Shown here piece by piece: positions 34,370 to 44,546 of a stretch of DNA of 64,000 nucleotides; position 1 is the first letter of the stretch, and each line of letters opens with the position of its first letter. The stretch covers positions 448,001-512,000 of the forward strand of contig CAWCNS010000011.1 of the NCBI GenBank assembly GCA_963796965.1, read 5' to 3'. The DNA comes from Calditrichia bacterium. Its GTDB lineage: Bacteria > Calditrichota > Calditrichia > JAJRVZ01. Both the position numbers and the translations under genes were made by a program. Under the pieces are notes generated by a model. The model did not search any database, was not told the origin of the DNA, and worked only from the letters and a program-made list of their open reading frames with translations.

Positions 34370-34729
34370 ATGGAAGCAAAAGAATTAGCCTATAAAATAG
34401 CCCACTTGGCCTTAGAAAAAAAAGCAAAACAGATAGTAGTCATAGATCTGGATGGTGTAAGCAGCATTTCTGATTATTTTGTACTCATGAGCGGCGAATC
34501 AGATACCCAGATAAAAGCTATTGCTGATCATATTTCCAAGGAACTTAGGCAGCAAAAGATCAGGACCTATCATAGTGAAGGATTTAAATCCTTAAGATGG
34601 GTGCTTTTGGATTATGTGGATGTAGTTGTGCATGTTTTCAGACCTGAAGCCAGAGAATTTTATGGTTTAGAACGTCTCTGGGGGGATGCAAAAATTGATT
34701 TTATAATGGATGAAGAAAATGAAGGCTGA
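34370..34729 (+). CDS. rsfS: Ribosome silencing factor
   Basis: KKA..I..D, SDYFV, WVLLDY..VVVHVF, FYGLERLW. Confidence 0.95.
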   Translation: MEAKELAYKIAHLALEKKAKQIVVIDLDGVSSISDYFVLMSGESDTQIKAIADHISKELRQQKIRTYHSEGFKSLRWVLLDYVDVVVHVFRPEAREFYGLERLWGDAKIDFIMDEENEG

Positions 34730-36353
34730 AACCTATATCCGCAATGAGATTAATCGCTTTTTAAATGAAAAAGATATCGAGCAACTCCTGATTAAATTTG
34801 AAAAGCCTAAGCAAAAGCAGTTTGGTGATCTATCCTCAAATTTAGCCATGCAACTTGCCGGAAAATTAAAATCAAGTCCCCGACAGATAGCAGAAGAGAT
34901 AAAATCCTTTATTAAAATTGATCCTCAATTTTTAAATAAAATCGAAGTTGCAGGTCCTGGATTTCTCAATTTTTACCTCGCTTCCGAATCACTCTACACC
35001 CAACTCCAGGGTCTCCTTCAGGAGAAAAATAACTTTGGTCGTTCCAATATAGGTGCGGGTACAAAAACCCAGGTAGAATTTATTAGCGCAAATCCAACCG
35101 GTCCATTAACGATTGGGCATGGAAGACAGGCCGTTCTCGGTGATACCATTGCCCGTCTTCTGGAAGAAATCGGCTATAATGTTACCAGGGAGTACTATTT
35201 TAATAATGCAGGCAGACAGATGCGTATTCTTGGCGATTCTGTTCGTCTGCGGTATCTACAACTATTAGGAGATGATGTTGAATTTCCCGAAGACTATTAT
35301 CAGGGTGATTATATAACAGATATTGCAAAACAAATTCTCGAAGACAAAGGAGACGAACTTCGAGAGGAAACAGATGTAACCCTATTTAAAGATAAAGCTG
35401 AAGAAGAAGTATTCAATGACATAAAAACCACGATCTCCCGCCTCAACTTTCACATGGATACTTTTTATAATGAAAAGTCTCTCTATGATGAAGGAAAAAT
35501 AGAAGAAGTTATAACGCTGTTAAGAGAGAAAGAATTAGTCGATGAACGCGAAGGCGCTGTTTGGTTTTTAACGACAAAATTAGGTAAAGACCAGGACCGT
35601 GTCATCGTCAAAAGTACGGGAGAACCTACATACAGGCTCCCGGATATTGCCTATCACCGTGAGAAGTATAATCGTGGATTTGAGTTAATTATTGACATCT
35701 TTGGTGCTGATCACATAGATACATATCCTGACGTATTGCTCGCTGTCGAAGCCCTCAATTATGATCCCTCTAAAATAGTGGTCTTGATCCATCAATTTGT
35801 AACCCTGACGGAAGGAACTGAGAAAGTCAAGATGTCCACTCGTAAAGCCAATTTTATTACACTGGATGAATTGATGGATGAGGTGGGTGAGGATGTAACC
35901 AGATTTTTCTTTCTAATGCGTCATATGAACTCGCATCTGAATTTTGATTTGACCCTGGCAAAAACACAATCTGATGAAAACCCGGTATTTTATGTTCAAT
36001 ATGCCCATGCCCGGATTTGCAGCATCGTCAGATTTGGTCAGGAAAAGGGAATTGAATTTGATACTAATCCTGAGTTATCTTTGCTCAATACGGATGAAGA
36101 ACTTGATTTAATAAAACATCTCTTAGATTTTCCATCGACTATAAAATCAAGTGCTCTAAAATATGAACCTCATCGTCTGGTGCATTATCTTATCGACACC
36201 GCAACGCTCTTTCATAAATTTTACACTGAATGTCGTGTTATTACCGACGATATTAAACTTACACAGGCAAGACTTGCCCTCTGTGAAGCAACAAAAATTA
36301 TCATTGCAAATGGAAGTAAAATTCTCGGTATAAATGCCCCGGAACGAATGTAA
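34710..36353 (+). CDS. argS: Arginine--tRNA ligase
   Basis: GPGFLN, SANPTGPLTIGH, KMSTR, YVQYAHAR, C-terminal PERM. Confidence 0.97.
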   Translation: MKKMKAETYIRNEINRFLNEKDIEQLLIKFEKPKQKQFGDLSSNLAMQLAGKLKSSPRQIAEEIKSFIKIDPQFLNKIEVAGPGFLNFYLASESLYTQLQGLLQEKNNFGRSNIGAGTKTQVEFISANPTGPLTIGHGRQAVLGDTIARLLEEIGYNVTREYYFNNAGRQMRILGDSVRLRYLQLLGDDVEFPEDYYQGDYITDIAKQILEDKGDELREETDVTLFKDKAEEEVFNDIKTTISRLNFHMDTFYNEKSLYDEGKIEEVITLLREKELVDEREGAVWFLTTKLGKDQDRVIVKSTGEPTYRLPDIAYHREKYNRGFELIIDIFGADHIDTYPDVLLAVEALNYDPSKIVVLIHQFVTLTEGTEKVKMSTRKANFITLDELMDEVGEDVTRFFFLMRHMNSHLNFDLTLAKTQSDENPVFYVQYAHARICSIVRFGQEKGIEFDTNPELSLLNTDEELDLIKHLLDFPSTIKSSALKYEPHRLVHYLIDTATLFHKFYTECRVITDDIKLTQARLALCEATKIIIANGSKILGINAPERM

Positions 36354-36364
36354 CAGGAGAGAAT

Positions 36365-37264
36365 ATGCAGATTTTAGTAGTAGGATCCATTGCTTTTGAC
36401 ACCGTGGAAACGCCTTTGGCTTCAGTAGAAGACTCACCAGGTGGTTCAGCTCTTTACTTTAGCAACGCAGCTGGCTTTTTTGCACCGGTAAATGTTGTCG
36501 GCGTTGTTGGATCCGATTTTGATTTATCTAAAATCCAGTTGGCCAATAGCCAGTCCATCAATTTTGATGGACTCTATTCTGAAAACGGCAAGACCTTCCG
36601 CTGGGGTGGGCGTTACTATGAGGATCCAAATAAAAGGGATACTCTTTTTACCCATCTTAACGTCTTTGAAGATTTCCAGCCAAGAATACCAGAGGGTTAT
36701 AAGGAAAGTGAAATTGTTTTTCTTGCTAATATTGATCCTGATTTACAGTTGCAGGTATTAGAGCAAATGACAAATCCTGCCCTTGTCGTATTAGACACAA
36801 TGAATTTTTGGATCTCTGGTAAGCGAAGTTCTCTTGAAAAAGTAATATCAAAAAGTAATATCTTGATTGTTAATGATGAAGAAATAAAGCAGCTCACTGG
36901 CGTTGTCAATGTGATCAAAGGGGCTGAAAGTGTTCTGGATATGGGACCCGATGTTGTTATTATTAAAAAGGGTGAGCATGGCGCAGTTATGATGAGCAAA
37001 AATTCTTATTTTTCGGCTCCGGCATTTCCCGTATCAGAGGTAATTGATCCAACCGGGGCTGGTGATTCATTTGCGGGAGGATTGGTCGGATATCTCGCGA
37101 AAAATGGAAAATTTAACGATAGTGAAATACGTAAAGCCCTTATTTATGGGAGTGTTGTCGCTTCATTCAATGTGGAAGATTTTTCTTTTAAACGTCTGGT
37201 ATCACTTACCGAAGAAGATTTGAAGCAGAGATTTGAAAAATTTAAAGAGATAACTAACTATTAG
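36365..37264 (+). CDS. PfkB family carbohydrate/nucleoside kinase
   Basis: GSIAFD, GGS, DPTGAGDSF. Confidence 0.9.
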   Translation: MQILVVGSIAFDTVETPLASVEDSPGGSALYFSNAAGFFAPVNVVGVVGSDFDLSKIQLANSQSINFDGLYSENGKTFRWGGRYYEDPNKRDTLFTHLNVFEDFQPRIPEGYKESEIVFLANIDPDLQLQVLEQMTNPALVVLDTMNFWISGKRSSLEKVISKSNILIVNDEEIKQLTGVVNVIKGAESVLDMGPDVVIIKKGEHGAVMMSKNSYFSAPAFPVSEVIDPTGAGDSFAGGLVGYLAKNGKFNDSEIRKALIYGSVVASFNVEDFSFKRLVSLTEEDLKQRFEKFKEITNY

Positions 37265-37297
37265 TCAGTTATAAATTTTCTGATTCGGTCAATTTGT

Positions 37298-38446
37298 TTA
37301 TGCAGGATCATAAGGTAGAATTACAGTAAAAGTACTTCCTTTTTTTTCTTCACTTTCTACATGCAATTCGCCATGGTGGGATTCAAAAACCTCACGTGCT
37401 AGAGTTAATCCTAAACCAATACCCCCACCCATAAATTCAGTTTTAGATGTCATGTGGTTAATGACATTCTGAACCTCATAAAAAGGCTCAAAGACCAACT
37501 CAAGTTTATCACTTGGGATGCCCACACCATTATCTTTGACTTTGATAAAGAACTTCTTGTTCTCTTTTGCAATGGATGATTCTAATGAAACCGCGCCACC
37601 CTCTGGCGTAAATTTAAGAGCATTTTGCAATAATTCCCGCAGAGATCTCTTAATCTGTCCATCATCACCTTTTAGGGTGACGCCTTTGGTGTCAAACTTT
37701 GTTGTAAATTTAATTTTGCGTTTTTCGAAGAGAATCTTCATTTCCCGTGATATTACTTTGAGAATGCTCTCTATATCCACATCCGTTTCAACCATATTCT
37801 TCTTCCCATAATCAAAGGAAGAAATATCATGCATCTGCTCAACAATACTTACTAATTCACGCATGGTCCCCATCACAATTTCAATAGCCTCATTGATTTC
37901 TTTATTCCGGCTATCCTCAAGAAAATAATCGATTAACTCGATATACCCTTTTAATACGGTAACCGGGGTACGTAACTCGTGGTTTGTGATGGTAATAAAC
38001 TTATCTTTTAGTTCATTTAACTCCTTCAGACGCTGTGTTAAGGATCGCAGCTCTTCATTCTCACGCCGTGACTGAATCTGCTTAACACATTTCGACAAAA
38101 CGATACGCACATGTTCAATGTCGATTGGTTTGGCGAAATAATCATACGCCCCTACCTTCATTGCCTCGATAGCATTTTCAAGTGTGGCATATCCCGTTAT
38201 AACAATTACTTCAATATAGGGTTTCTTTTTCTTTATATATTTTAAAACATCTATACCATTCATTTCCGGCATATTGAGATCGGTAACGACTATATCATAA
38301 TCATTTTTTGTAATTCTCGCCATACCTTCCCGACCATTTGGCACGGATTCTACCTCATAGCCGAAAAATTCCAGCATATCATCATAGGATTGCCGAACTT
38401 GCGCTTCGTCTTCAATCACCAATATTTTTGCACTTTCAGAGGACAT
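37298..38446 (-). CDS. Hybrid receiver-histidine kinase
   Basis: REC (IEDE, TDLNMP); HELRTP; N box LLQNALKF; G boxes DNGVG, GLGL. Confidence 0.92.
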   Translation of the reverse strand: MSSESAKILVIEDEAQVRQSYDDMLEFFGYEVESVPNGREGMARITKNDYDIVVTDLNMPEMNGIDVLKYIKKKKPYIEVIVITGYATLENAIEAMKVGAYDYFAKPIDIEHVRIVLSKCVKQIQSRRENEELRSLTQRLKELNELKDKFITITNHELRTPVTVLKGYIELIDYFLEDSRNKEINEAIEIVMGTMRELVSIVEQMHDISSFDYGKKNMVETDVDIESILKVISREMKILFEKRKIKFTTKFDTKGVTLKGDDGQIKRSLRELLQNALKFTPEGGAVSLESSIAKENKKFFIKVKDNGVGIPSDKLELVFEPFYEVQNVINHMTSKTEFMGGGIGLGLTLAREVFESHHGELHVESEEKKGSTFTVILPYDPA

Positions 38447-38469
38447 ATATCTCCAGTTTTCAGGGAAAA

Positions 38470-38718
38470 CTATTTGGTATTTTTGGGATATTTTGAAATT
38501 ATATTTCTAATTCTCTCCATTTCCTGATTCACGCTATTTAAATAACGCCTGGCTTTAGGATCTTCAGTACTGGTAGATTCATGGAGTAAAAATAATGATG
38601 TACTTAAAACATTTAATCGTGTTCTGAGTTCCTCAATCATCACATTGTACTCAGTGATTATATCATCACCGGCTCCGCCTGCATACTCACCATTGATATT
38701 TTCTGCGTGAACTGCCAA
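38470..38718 (-). CDS. Small HisKA/DHp-like helical protein lacking the His
   Basis: EELRTRLNVL...YLNSVNQEMERIRNII; RBS GGAAGG. Confidence 0.5.
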   Translation of the reverse strand: MAVHAENINGEYAGGAGDDIITEYNVMIEELRTRLNVLSTSLFLLHESTSTEDPKARRYLNSVNQEMERIRNIISKYPKNTK

Positions 38719-38889
38719 CTACTGCCTTCCTTCCTTAATAAAATCCCACCATGAATATCTTTGTTTTCTATCATCATCGGTAGAATATCTACTTTTTAAA
38801 GTATTATCGTACCTTTTATTTAAAATCTTGAAGAGAAATGAAATATTTTTTATGGGGAGGGAAATCAGGAAATTGGGAATGCCCATTAT

Positions 38890-39013
38890 AAATGACAAAT
38901 GTCAAAGTCCAAATGTCAAATTAATGTCCAAATCCCAATGATCAGGCAGACAAATATATTTTGAATTGAGATTTGGGATTTTATTTGATATTTGGATTTA
39001 AGCAGTGGACATT
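38890..39013. repeat. Inverted pair of 7-bp periodic arrays
   Basis: aaatgac/aaatgtc/aaagtcc/aaatgtc vs atttggg/atttgat/atttgga. Confidence 0.65.
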
Positions 39014-39052
39014 ATTATGAATAACTAACGCATGAGCGCTTGATTACATAGG

Positions 39053-40414
39053 TTAGGAGGATGATATTTCATATTTTTTCAACTTTGACATAAAGGTGCT
39101 GCGATTGATTTTAAATTTCTGAGCTGTTTTCGCTTTATTTCCCCTATTTTTATCCAATTCAGACAGAATCAACTCCCTTTCATAAGATTCTACAGTGCTC
39201 ATTAAACCGTCTTCTTCATTATATTCTACCACCGCCGTTTGTTTCCGTGCGATTGTATCGGGAAAATCGTTCATTGTTAATATCGTATTCTTACTAAGGA
39301 CAATAGCCCGTTCCATATAATTTTCTAATTCCCGGATATTACCAGGCCAATCATACTCTTCCAGAGCCCGCAGTACTTCAGGTTCAATTTTAAGAATATT
39401 TTTTTTGTAGACCTCGTCAAATTTGTCAAGGAAATGAGAAACCAGAAGTTCAATATCATCCTTTCGTTCGCTCAGGGGCGGGACGTTGATTGGAATTACA
39501 TTAAGACGATAATACAGATCTTGCCGAAAGGAACCTTCACGAATTTTCTCATCGAGTTTTTGATTTGTGGCAGCAATGATCCGCACATCAACCTTAAGGG
39601 TTTCTGATCCACCTACACGCTCAAATTCCCCTTCCTGTAACACCCTTAAAAGTTTCACCTGCATACTAGGGGAGATTTCTCCAATTTCATCTAAAAACAG
39701 TGTTCCCTTATTGGCAAGTTCAAACCGTCCTACTTTATCTTTTATAGCGCCGGTGAATGATCCTTTGACATGACCAAATAATTCCGATTCCAATAAAGTT
39801 TCTGCTAGTACAGCACAATTTAGTTTGATAAAGGGTTTATTAACATTGGGGCTATTGTAGTGGATCGCGTTGGCTATAAGCTCTTTACCGGTACCATTTT
39901 CGCCTTGAATTAAAACCGTCGTTGCTGTTGGTGCAACATCATGAATAAGCTTAAACAACTCATTCATTTTCTCACTTTTTCCAATAATACTTTTGACATT
40001 AAATCTATTTGCCAACCTGCTTTTGAGGTACTCGTTCTCCTTTTCGAGATTCTTTAATTGAGCGATGGTTTCAACTTTTGCCAGGATTTCATCCAGTCGC
40101 AATGGTTTTAACACATAATCCTTAGCGCCCATTTTAATAGCTTCAACAGCTGTTTCAATTGTTCCGTGGGCGGTAACCATTATAACCGGTATATTGGGAT
40201 AATTTTTACTCAGGACTTCAAGCAATTGCATACCATCCATATCCGGCATTCGGATATCACTGATAACCATATCCGGATCTTCTTCACGGACAACAGTTAA
40301 GGCCTCCACCCCATTGGTTGCTGTCAGAGGTTCATAGCCGCGACTTTCAAACAATTCGCACATTAATTCTAGAACATCAACTTCATCATCGACAATAAGA
40401 ATTTTAGTTTTCAC
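39053..40414 (-). CDS. Sigma-54-dependent response regulator (NtrC/AtoC-like)
   Basis: REC; GENGTGKE; GSFTGA; LFLDEIG; WPGNIREL; Fis HTH. Confidence 0.95.
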   Translation of the reverse strand: MKTKILIVDDEVDVLELMCELFESRGYEPLTATNGVEALTVVREEDPDMVISDIRMPDMDGMQLLEVLSKNYPNIPVIMVTAHGTIETAVEAIKMGAKDYVLKPLRLDEILAKVETIAQLKNLEKENEYLKSRLANRFNVKSIIGKSEKMNELFKLIHDVAPTATTVLIQGENGTGKELIANAIHYNSPNVNKPFIKLNCAVLAETLLESELFGHVKGSFTGAIKDKVGRFELANKGTLFLDEIGEISPSMQVKLLRVLQEGEFERVGGSETLKVDVRIIAATNQKLDEKIREGSFRQDLYYRLNVIPINVPPLSERKDDIELLVSHFLDKFDEVYKKNILKIEPEVLRALEEYDWPGNIRELENYMERAIVLSKNTILTMNDFPDTIARKQTAVVEYNEEDGLMSTVESYERELILSELDKNRGNKAKTAQKFKINRSTFMSKLKKYEISSS

Positions 40415-40440
40415 AGAATTTCCCTTAAAATTATTTTATC

Positions 40441-40597
40441 TTTCGCGCAGCGACGCAACGACGCAGCGTTTTTTTTTACTAATAGACTTTTTTAAAATCT
40501 GAACAGGCTTATTATATTCCCTATCGGAGGTCTGATGCAACACTTCGGTTTATATAATTACAATTTATTCTCTGCGTCGCCGCGGCGCTGCGAGAGA
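40441..40597. repeat. Family A cassette (CGCAGCG variant)
   Basis: tttcgcgcagcgacgcaacgacgcagcg ... ctgcgtcgccgcggcgctgcgagaga. Confidence 0.75.
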
Positions 40598-40608
40598 CAA
40601 ATATGTTA

Positions 40609-42048
40609 TTATTTTGAAGAAATAAAAGTAATGGCCGCATCGAGACGGCGTAAGACAGTCTCCTTGCCCAGGATAGAGATCACATCAAAAATTCCCGGGC
40701 TAACCGTCCGGCCAGTTAGAGCCAGGCGTATAGGATGAATGAGTTCCCCTGCTTTGACCTCAATTTTATCTGCCTGACTACGTATAACCTGTTCGATATT
40801 TTCCATATCAAATGGTGACAAATCACGGAGACAATCCCGAATCTTTCTGAGATACATTTGATACTTTGGATCAGAAAAGAATTTTTCGATACCCTTCTCC
40901 TCGTACTTTGCCGGATCTGTAAAAAAGAAGGTGCAGGCTTCATACATCTCAGGAATTGACTGCGCTCTGGTCTTAACCAAATCAATTAACTTTCCAAAAT
41001 CATCTCCCTTTTCAAGGATTGTTTGCTTTTCATCCTTACGTAGAAATGGCTCAAGGAGTTTTGTTAAGGACGAGCTTGATTGTTGAGAAATAAATTTCCC
41101 ATTTATCCATTTAAGTTTTTTCTCATCAAAAACCGCATTCTTTTTATTTATTCTATCAAGAGAAAAAATATCAATCAACTCTTCTCGTGTAAATATTTCT
41201 CTCTCATCACCCGGAGACCATCCAAGCAGACATAAGTAATTAAATAGAGCATCGGGTAAATATCCACTTTCCCTAAACTCTTCCACTGAGCTGGCCCCGT
41301 GTCTTTTTGACAATCGGCCCCCATTCTGCCCATGAATGAGTGGTAGATGGCCATATTTAGGCACAGGCCAGTCTAAGGCTTTATGGATCAATATCTGCTT
41401 CGGTGTATTGGAAAGATGATCATCGCCTCTGATAACATGAGTTACGCCCATATTATGATCATCCACCACAACAGCCAGGTGATAAATAGCACTTCCATTT
41501 GAACGCAGTATTACAAAATCATCTAATTCTGCATGATTTATGGTGATTCGCCCTCTTATATAATCATCAAAGACCGTCTCACCTTTTCCAATTCGTAAAC
41601 GTAAAACATATGGATCACCGGAATCTAATCTTCTATCGATCTCCTCCTGCTCGAGTTTGTCACAACGTCCATCATATAAAAAAGCCTTTTTTTCCGATTC
41701 AGCCTTTTTACGTTCAGCTTGTAACATATCTGCGCTGCAAAAGCAGTGATAAGCATTCCCTGACGCGAGAAGATTTTGAGCAACCCTGGTATAGCCATCC
41801 CCCTGTGTACTTTGGTAAACAGGCTCGCCATCCCAATTTAGATCAAGCCATTTCAAACTTTCAAGGATCTGATCTTTTGACACTTCAGTAGATCGCTTTG
41901 TATCTGTATCTTCTATGCGGAGAAGAAATTTCCCGCCAGATCCTTTGGCCAAAAGCCAATTAAATATGGCTGTTCTTGCACCTCCAACATGCAATACGCC
42001 GGTTGGGCTTGGTGCAAAACGATAGACAGGATTTGATTTTTTATCCAT
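40609..42048 (-). CDS. gltX: Glutamate--tRNA ligase
   Basis: RFAPSPTG..HVGG, RIEDTD, RGDDH, LSKR, anticodon-binding domain. Confidence 0.95.
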   Translation of the reverse strand: MDKKSNPVYRFAPSPTGVLHVGGARTAIFNWLLAKGSGGKFLLRIEDTDTKRSTEVSKDQILESLKWLDLNWDGEPVYQSTQGDGYTRVAQNLLASGNAYHCFCSADMLQAERKKAESEKKAFLYDGRCDKLEQEEIDRRLDSGDPYVLRLRIGKGETVFDDYIRGRITINHAELDDFVILRSNGSAIYHLAVVVDDHNMGVTHVIRGDDHLSNTPKQILIHKALDWPVPKYGHLPLIHGQNGGRLSKRHGASSVEEFRESGYLPDALFNYLCLLGWSPGDEREIFTREELIDIFSLDRINKKNAVFDEKKLKWINGKFISQQSSSSLTKLLEPFLRKDEKQTILEKGDDFGKLIDLVKTRAQSIPEMYEACTFFFTDPAKYEEKGIEKFFSDPKYQMYLRKIRDCLRDLSPFDMENIEQVIRSQADKIEVKAGELIHPIRLALTGRTVSPGIFDVISILGKETVLRRLDAAITFISSK

Positions 42049-42203
42049 TTTTTCAACTTGTGTATGAATTTTCGCCCCACTGGAAGGAATATGTCGTAGT
42101 TTTCAACACAATTTACATTTATGATTAAAATAATGCAAGATTTGAGAAATTTGGATTTTATTCTCTTCTACTATAATTTTAATAATATCAGGATTATTTA
42201 ACC

Positions 42204-42369
42204 TCTCGCAGAGACGCAAAAACGCAGAGAAAAAAATATATAGGAATCACAACTCCTCTTTCCTCTCCCAAAGTACAGAGTGGAATTCTGGTGTGATGAT
42301 TATAAACCATATCTACCCAGCAATGTTGGTTTATAATTTAACTTTGCGACTTGGCGTCTTTACGTGAGA
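42204..42369. repeat. Family A inverted-repeat cassette
   Basis: tctcgcagagacgcaaaaacgcagag ... ctttgcgacttggcgtctttacgtgaga. Confidence 0.75.
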
Positions 42370-42402
42370 AGTACATTAATATACAAGCCAATTAAGGTGA
42401 AT

Positions 42403-44430
42403 ATGAGAACATCGCCCGGTAAACCAGAACCGCTTGGTACTTCCAAATATGGAAATGGAATAAACTTTGCCATTCATGCACGGGATATAAAAACGATAAC
42501 CCTAATCATACATCCAGAGTCGAGAGGAGATGATATGATTGAAATCCCTCTTGATCCACAGAAAAATCGGGCTGAAAATATCTGGCATATAATGATCGAA
42601 GATTTACCCAAATCATTTTCTTACAACTACAAACTTAGACAAAACCTCGCAGACCCACCATTGATTGTAAATGATCCCTATGCCCGGATCTTACAGGGAC
42701 GAAACCTTTGGGCTGCTCCGAGGAACTCATTACCCATATATCGATGCCTGCATACTGAAAGCACTTTCAATTGGGAGGAAGATGTTTCCCCAAGTATTCT
42801 CCCCGCAGATACTATTATTTATGAGCTTCATGTGCGCGGATTCACACAAGATCAATCCTCAGGGGTAAAAGCACGCGGAACTTTTTTAGGATTAACTGAA
42901 AAAATCCCTTACCTGAAATCACTTGGTATTACAACTGTTGAGCTCCTACCCATTTGTGAGTTTGATGAGACCATAGTCGATCGTAAGAATCCTTTAAATG
43001 GTAAGCAACTTTTCAACTACTGGGGATATGATCCACTAGGATATTTTGCCCCCAAAACATCTTATGCCTGGAATTCTGACCGAGACGGTCCCATTATAGA
43101 GTTTAAGACGATGGTAAAAGAGTTCCATCGTGCCGGATTAGAGGTGATATTGGATGTTGTTTATAATCACACGGGAGAAGGTCCTCAGGATGGTCCCACT
43201 TATTCTTTCCGGGCGCTGGATGAGACCGGATATTACATGGTAGATAAGACCGGATATTATCAAAACTTTACAGGTTGTGGCAATACATTTAATTGTAATC
43301 ATCCGCTCGTACAAAATTTAATTATAGACTCCTTACGTTACTGGGTCATGGAAATGCATGTAGATGGATTTCGGTTTGATCTTGCCTCAATTCTGAGCCG
43401 GGGTAAAAACGGACCAGCTATGAAAAATCCACCACTTTTAACAAAGATAAATAGCGATCCCATCCTTTCAAAAACAAAGTTAATTGCCGAAGCCTGGGAT
43501 GCCGCCGGATTGTATCAGGTAGGAGCATTTCCCGGAGGAAAACGCTGGGCTGAATGGAATGATAAATTCCGGGATACGATTCGACGTCATGTTAGAAGCG
43601 ATGAAGGGGTAATACCCGAGTTGGCAACAAGAATTTCTGGTAGTTCAGATCTTTTCCGGCCGGGTGGTCGTTCACCCAACCATAGTATCAACTTCATCAC
43701 CGCCCATGATGGATTCACTCTCAATGATCTGGTTTCTTTTAATCAAAAACGTAATAAGATGAATGGTGAAGACAACCGCGATGGCGCAAATGAAAATTTT
43801 AGTTCCAACTATGGAAAAGAAGGACCTTCTACCGATTCTCGAATCAACAAGTTAAGATTAAAGCAGATGAAAAATATGTTTTGTCTTCTGTTGCTCTCTC
43901 AAGGTACTCCCATGATAGTCGCCGGCGATGAATTTGGACGCACCCAGCAAGGCAATAATAACCCCTACTGCCAGGATAATGAGATCAGTTGGGTCGATTG
44001 GGAGCAACTAGAAAAAAATGCCGATTTATTCAGATTCTTTAAATTCTTAATCGAATTTAGAAAAGAACATCCCTCTCTGAGAAGAGAGCATTTTTTTGAT
44101 GAAGAATCTGCCCAAGACTCCGAAATAATCTGGTATAATTCAGATTTAAAATCTCCGCAGTGGTCAGGAAGATTATTTTCCCTTGCATTTCATTTAGCAG
44201 GGAATAAAAAAGACTCTGACATCTACGTGATTTCAAACAGCGCAAAAGAAACAAAATATTTTAAATTACCCAAACTTGTACGGGAATTATCCTGGACCTT
44301 ATCTATAGATACTTCTAAAGCCTCTCCAGAGGATATAGTTTCTATTGGCGAGGAACTGCAAATTGAAGAACAGGAAAAATACAACGTTGTGGCGCAATCC
44401 ACAGTGGTCCTGGTTGCCAAAAAGTTTTAA
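42403..44430 (+). CDS. glgX: Glycogen debranching enzyme / isoamylase (GH13)
   Basis: NYWGY, DVVYNHT, DGFRFDLAS, IAEAWD, TAHDGFTL. Confidence 0.95.
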   Translation: MRTSPGKPEPLGTSKYGNGINFAIHARDIKTITLIIHPESRGDDMIEIPLDPQKNRAENIWHIMIEDLPKSFSYNYKLRQNLADPPLIVNDPYARILQGRNLWAAPRNSLPIYRCLHTESTFNWEEDVSPSILPADTIIYELHVRGFTQDQSSGVKARGTFLGLTEKIPYLKSLGITTVELLPICEFDETIVDRKNPLNGKQLFNYWGYDPLGYFAPKTSYAWNSDRDGPIIEFKTMVKEFHRAGLEVILDVVYNHTGEGPQDGPTYSFRALDETGYYMVDKTGYYQNFTGCGNTFNCNHPLVQNLIIDSLRYWVMEMHVDGFRFDLASILSRGKNGPAMKNPPLLTKINSDPILSKTKLIAEAWDAAGLYQVGAFPGGKRWAEWNDKFRDTIRRHVRSDEGVIPELATRISGSSDLFRPGGRSPNHSINFITAHDGFTLNDLVSFNQKRNKMNGEDNRDGANENFSSNYGKEGPSTDSRINKLRLKQMKNMFCLLLLSQGTPMIVAGDEFGRTQQGNNNPYCQDNEISWVDWEQLEKNADLFRFFKFLIEFRKEHPSLRREHFFDEESAQDSEIIWYNSDLKSPQWSGRLFSLAFHLAGNKKDSDIYVISNSAKETKYFKLPKLVRELSWTLSIDTSKASPEDIVSIGEELQIEEQEKYNVVAQSTVVLVAKKF

Positions 44431-44546
44431 CATTCTAATCTTTCTTCCATTATATAGTCCATTCTCAACATGCTACTCTCCACTCTTTTCTATTAATATA
44501 ATTTGTGAAATTCGAATAAATTAGTGTAATTCGTAGTAGAAAATAT

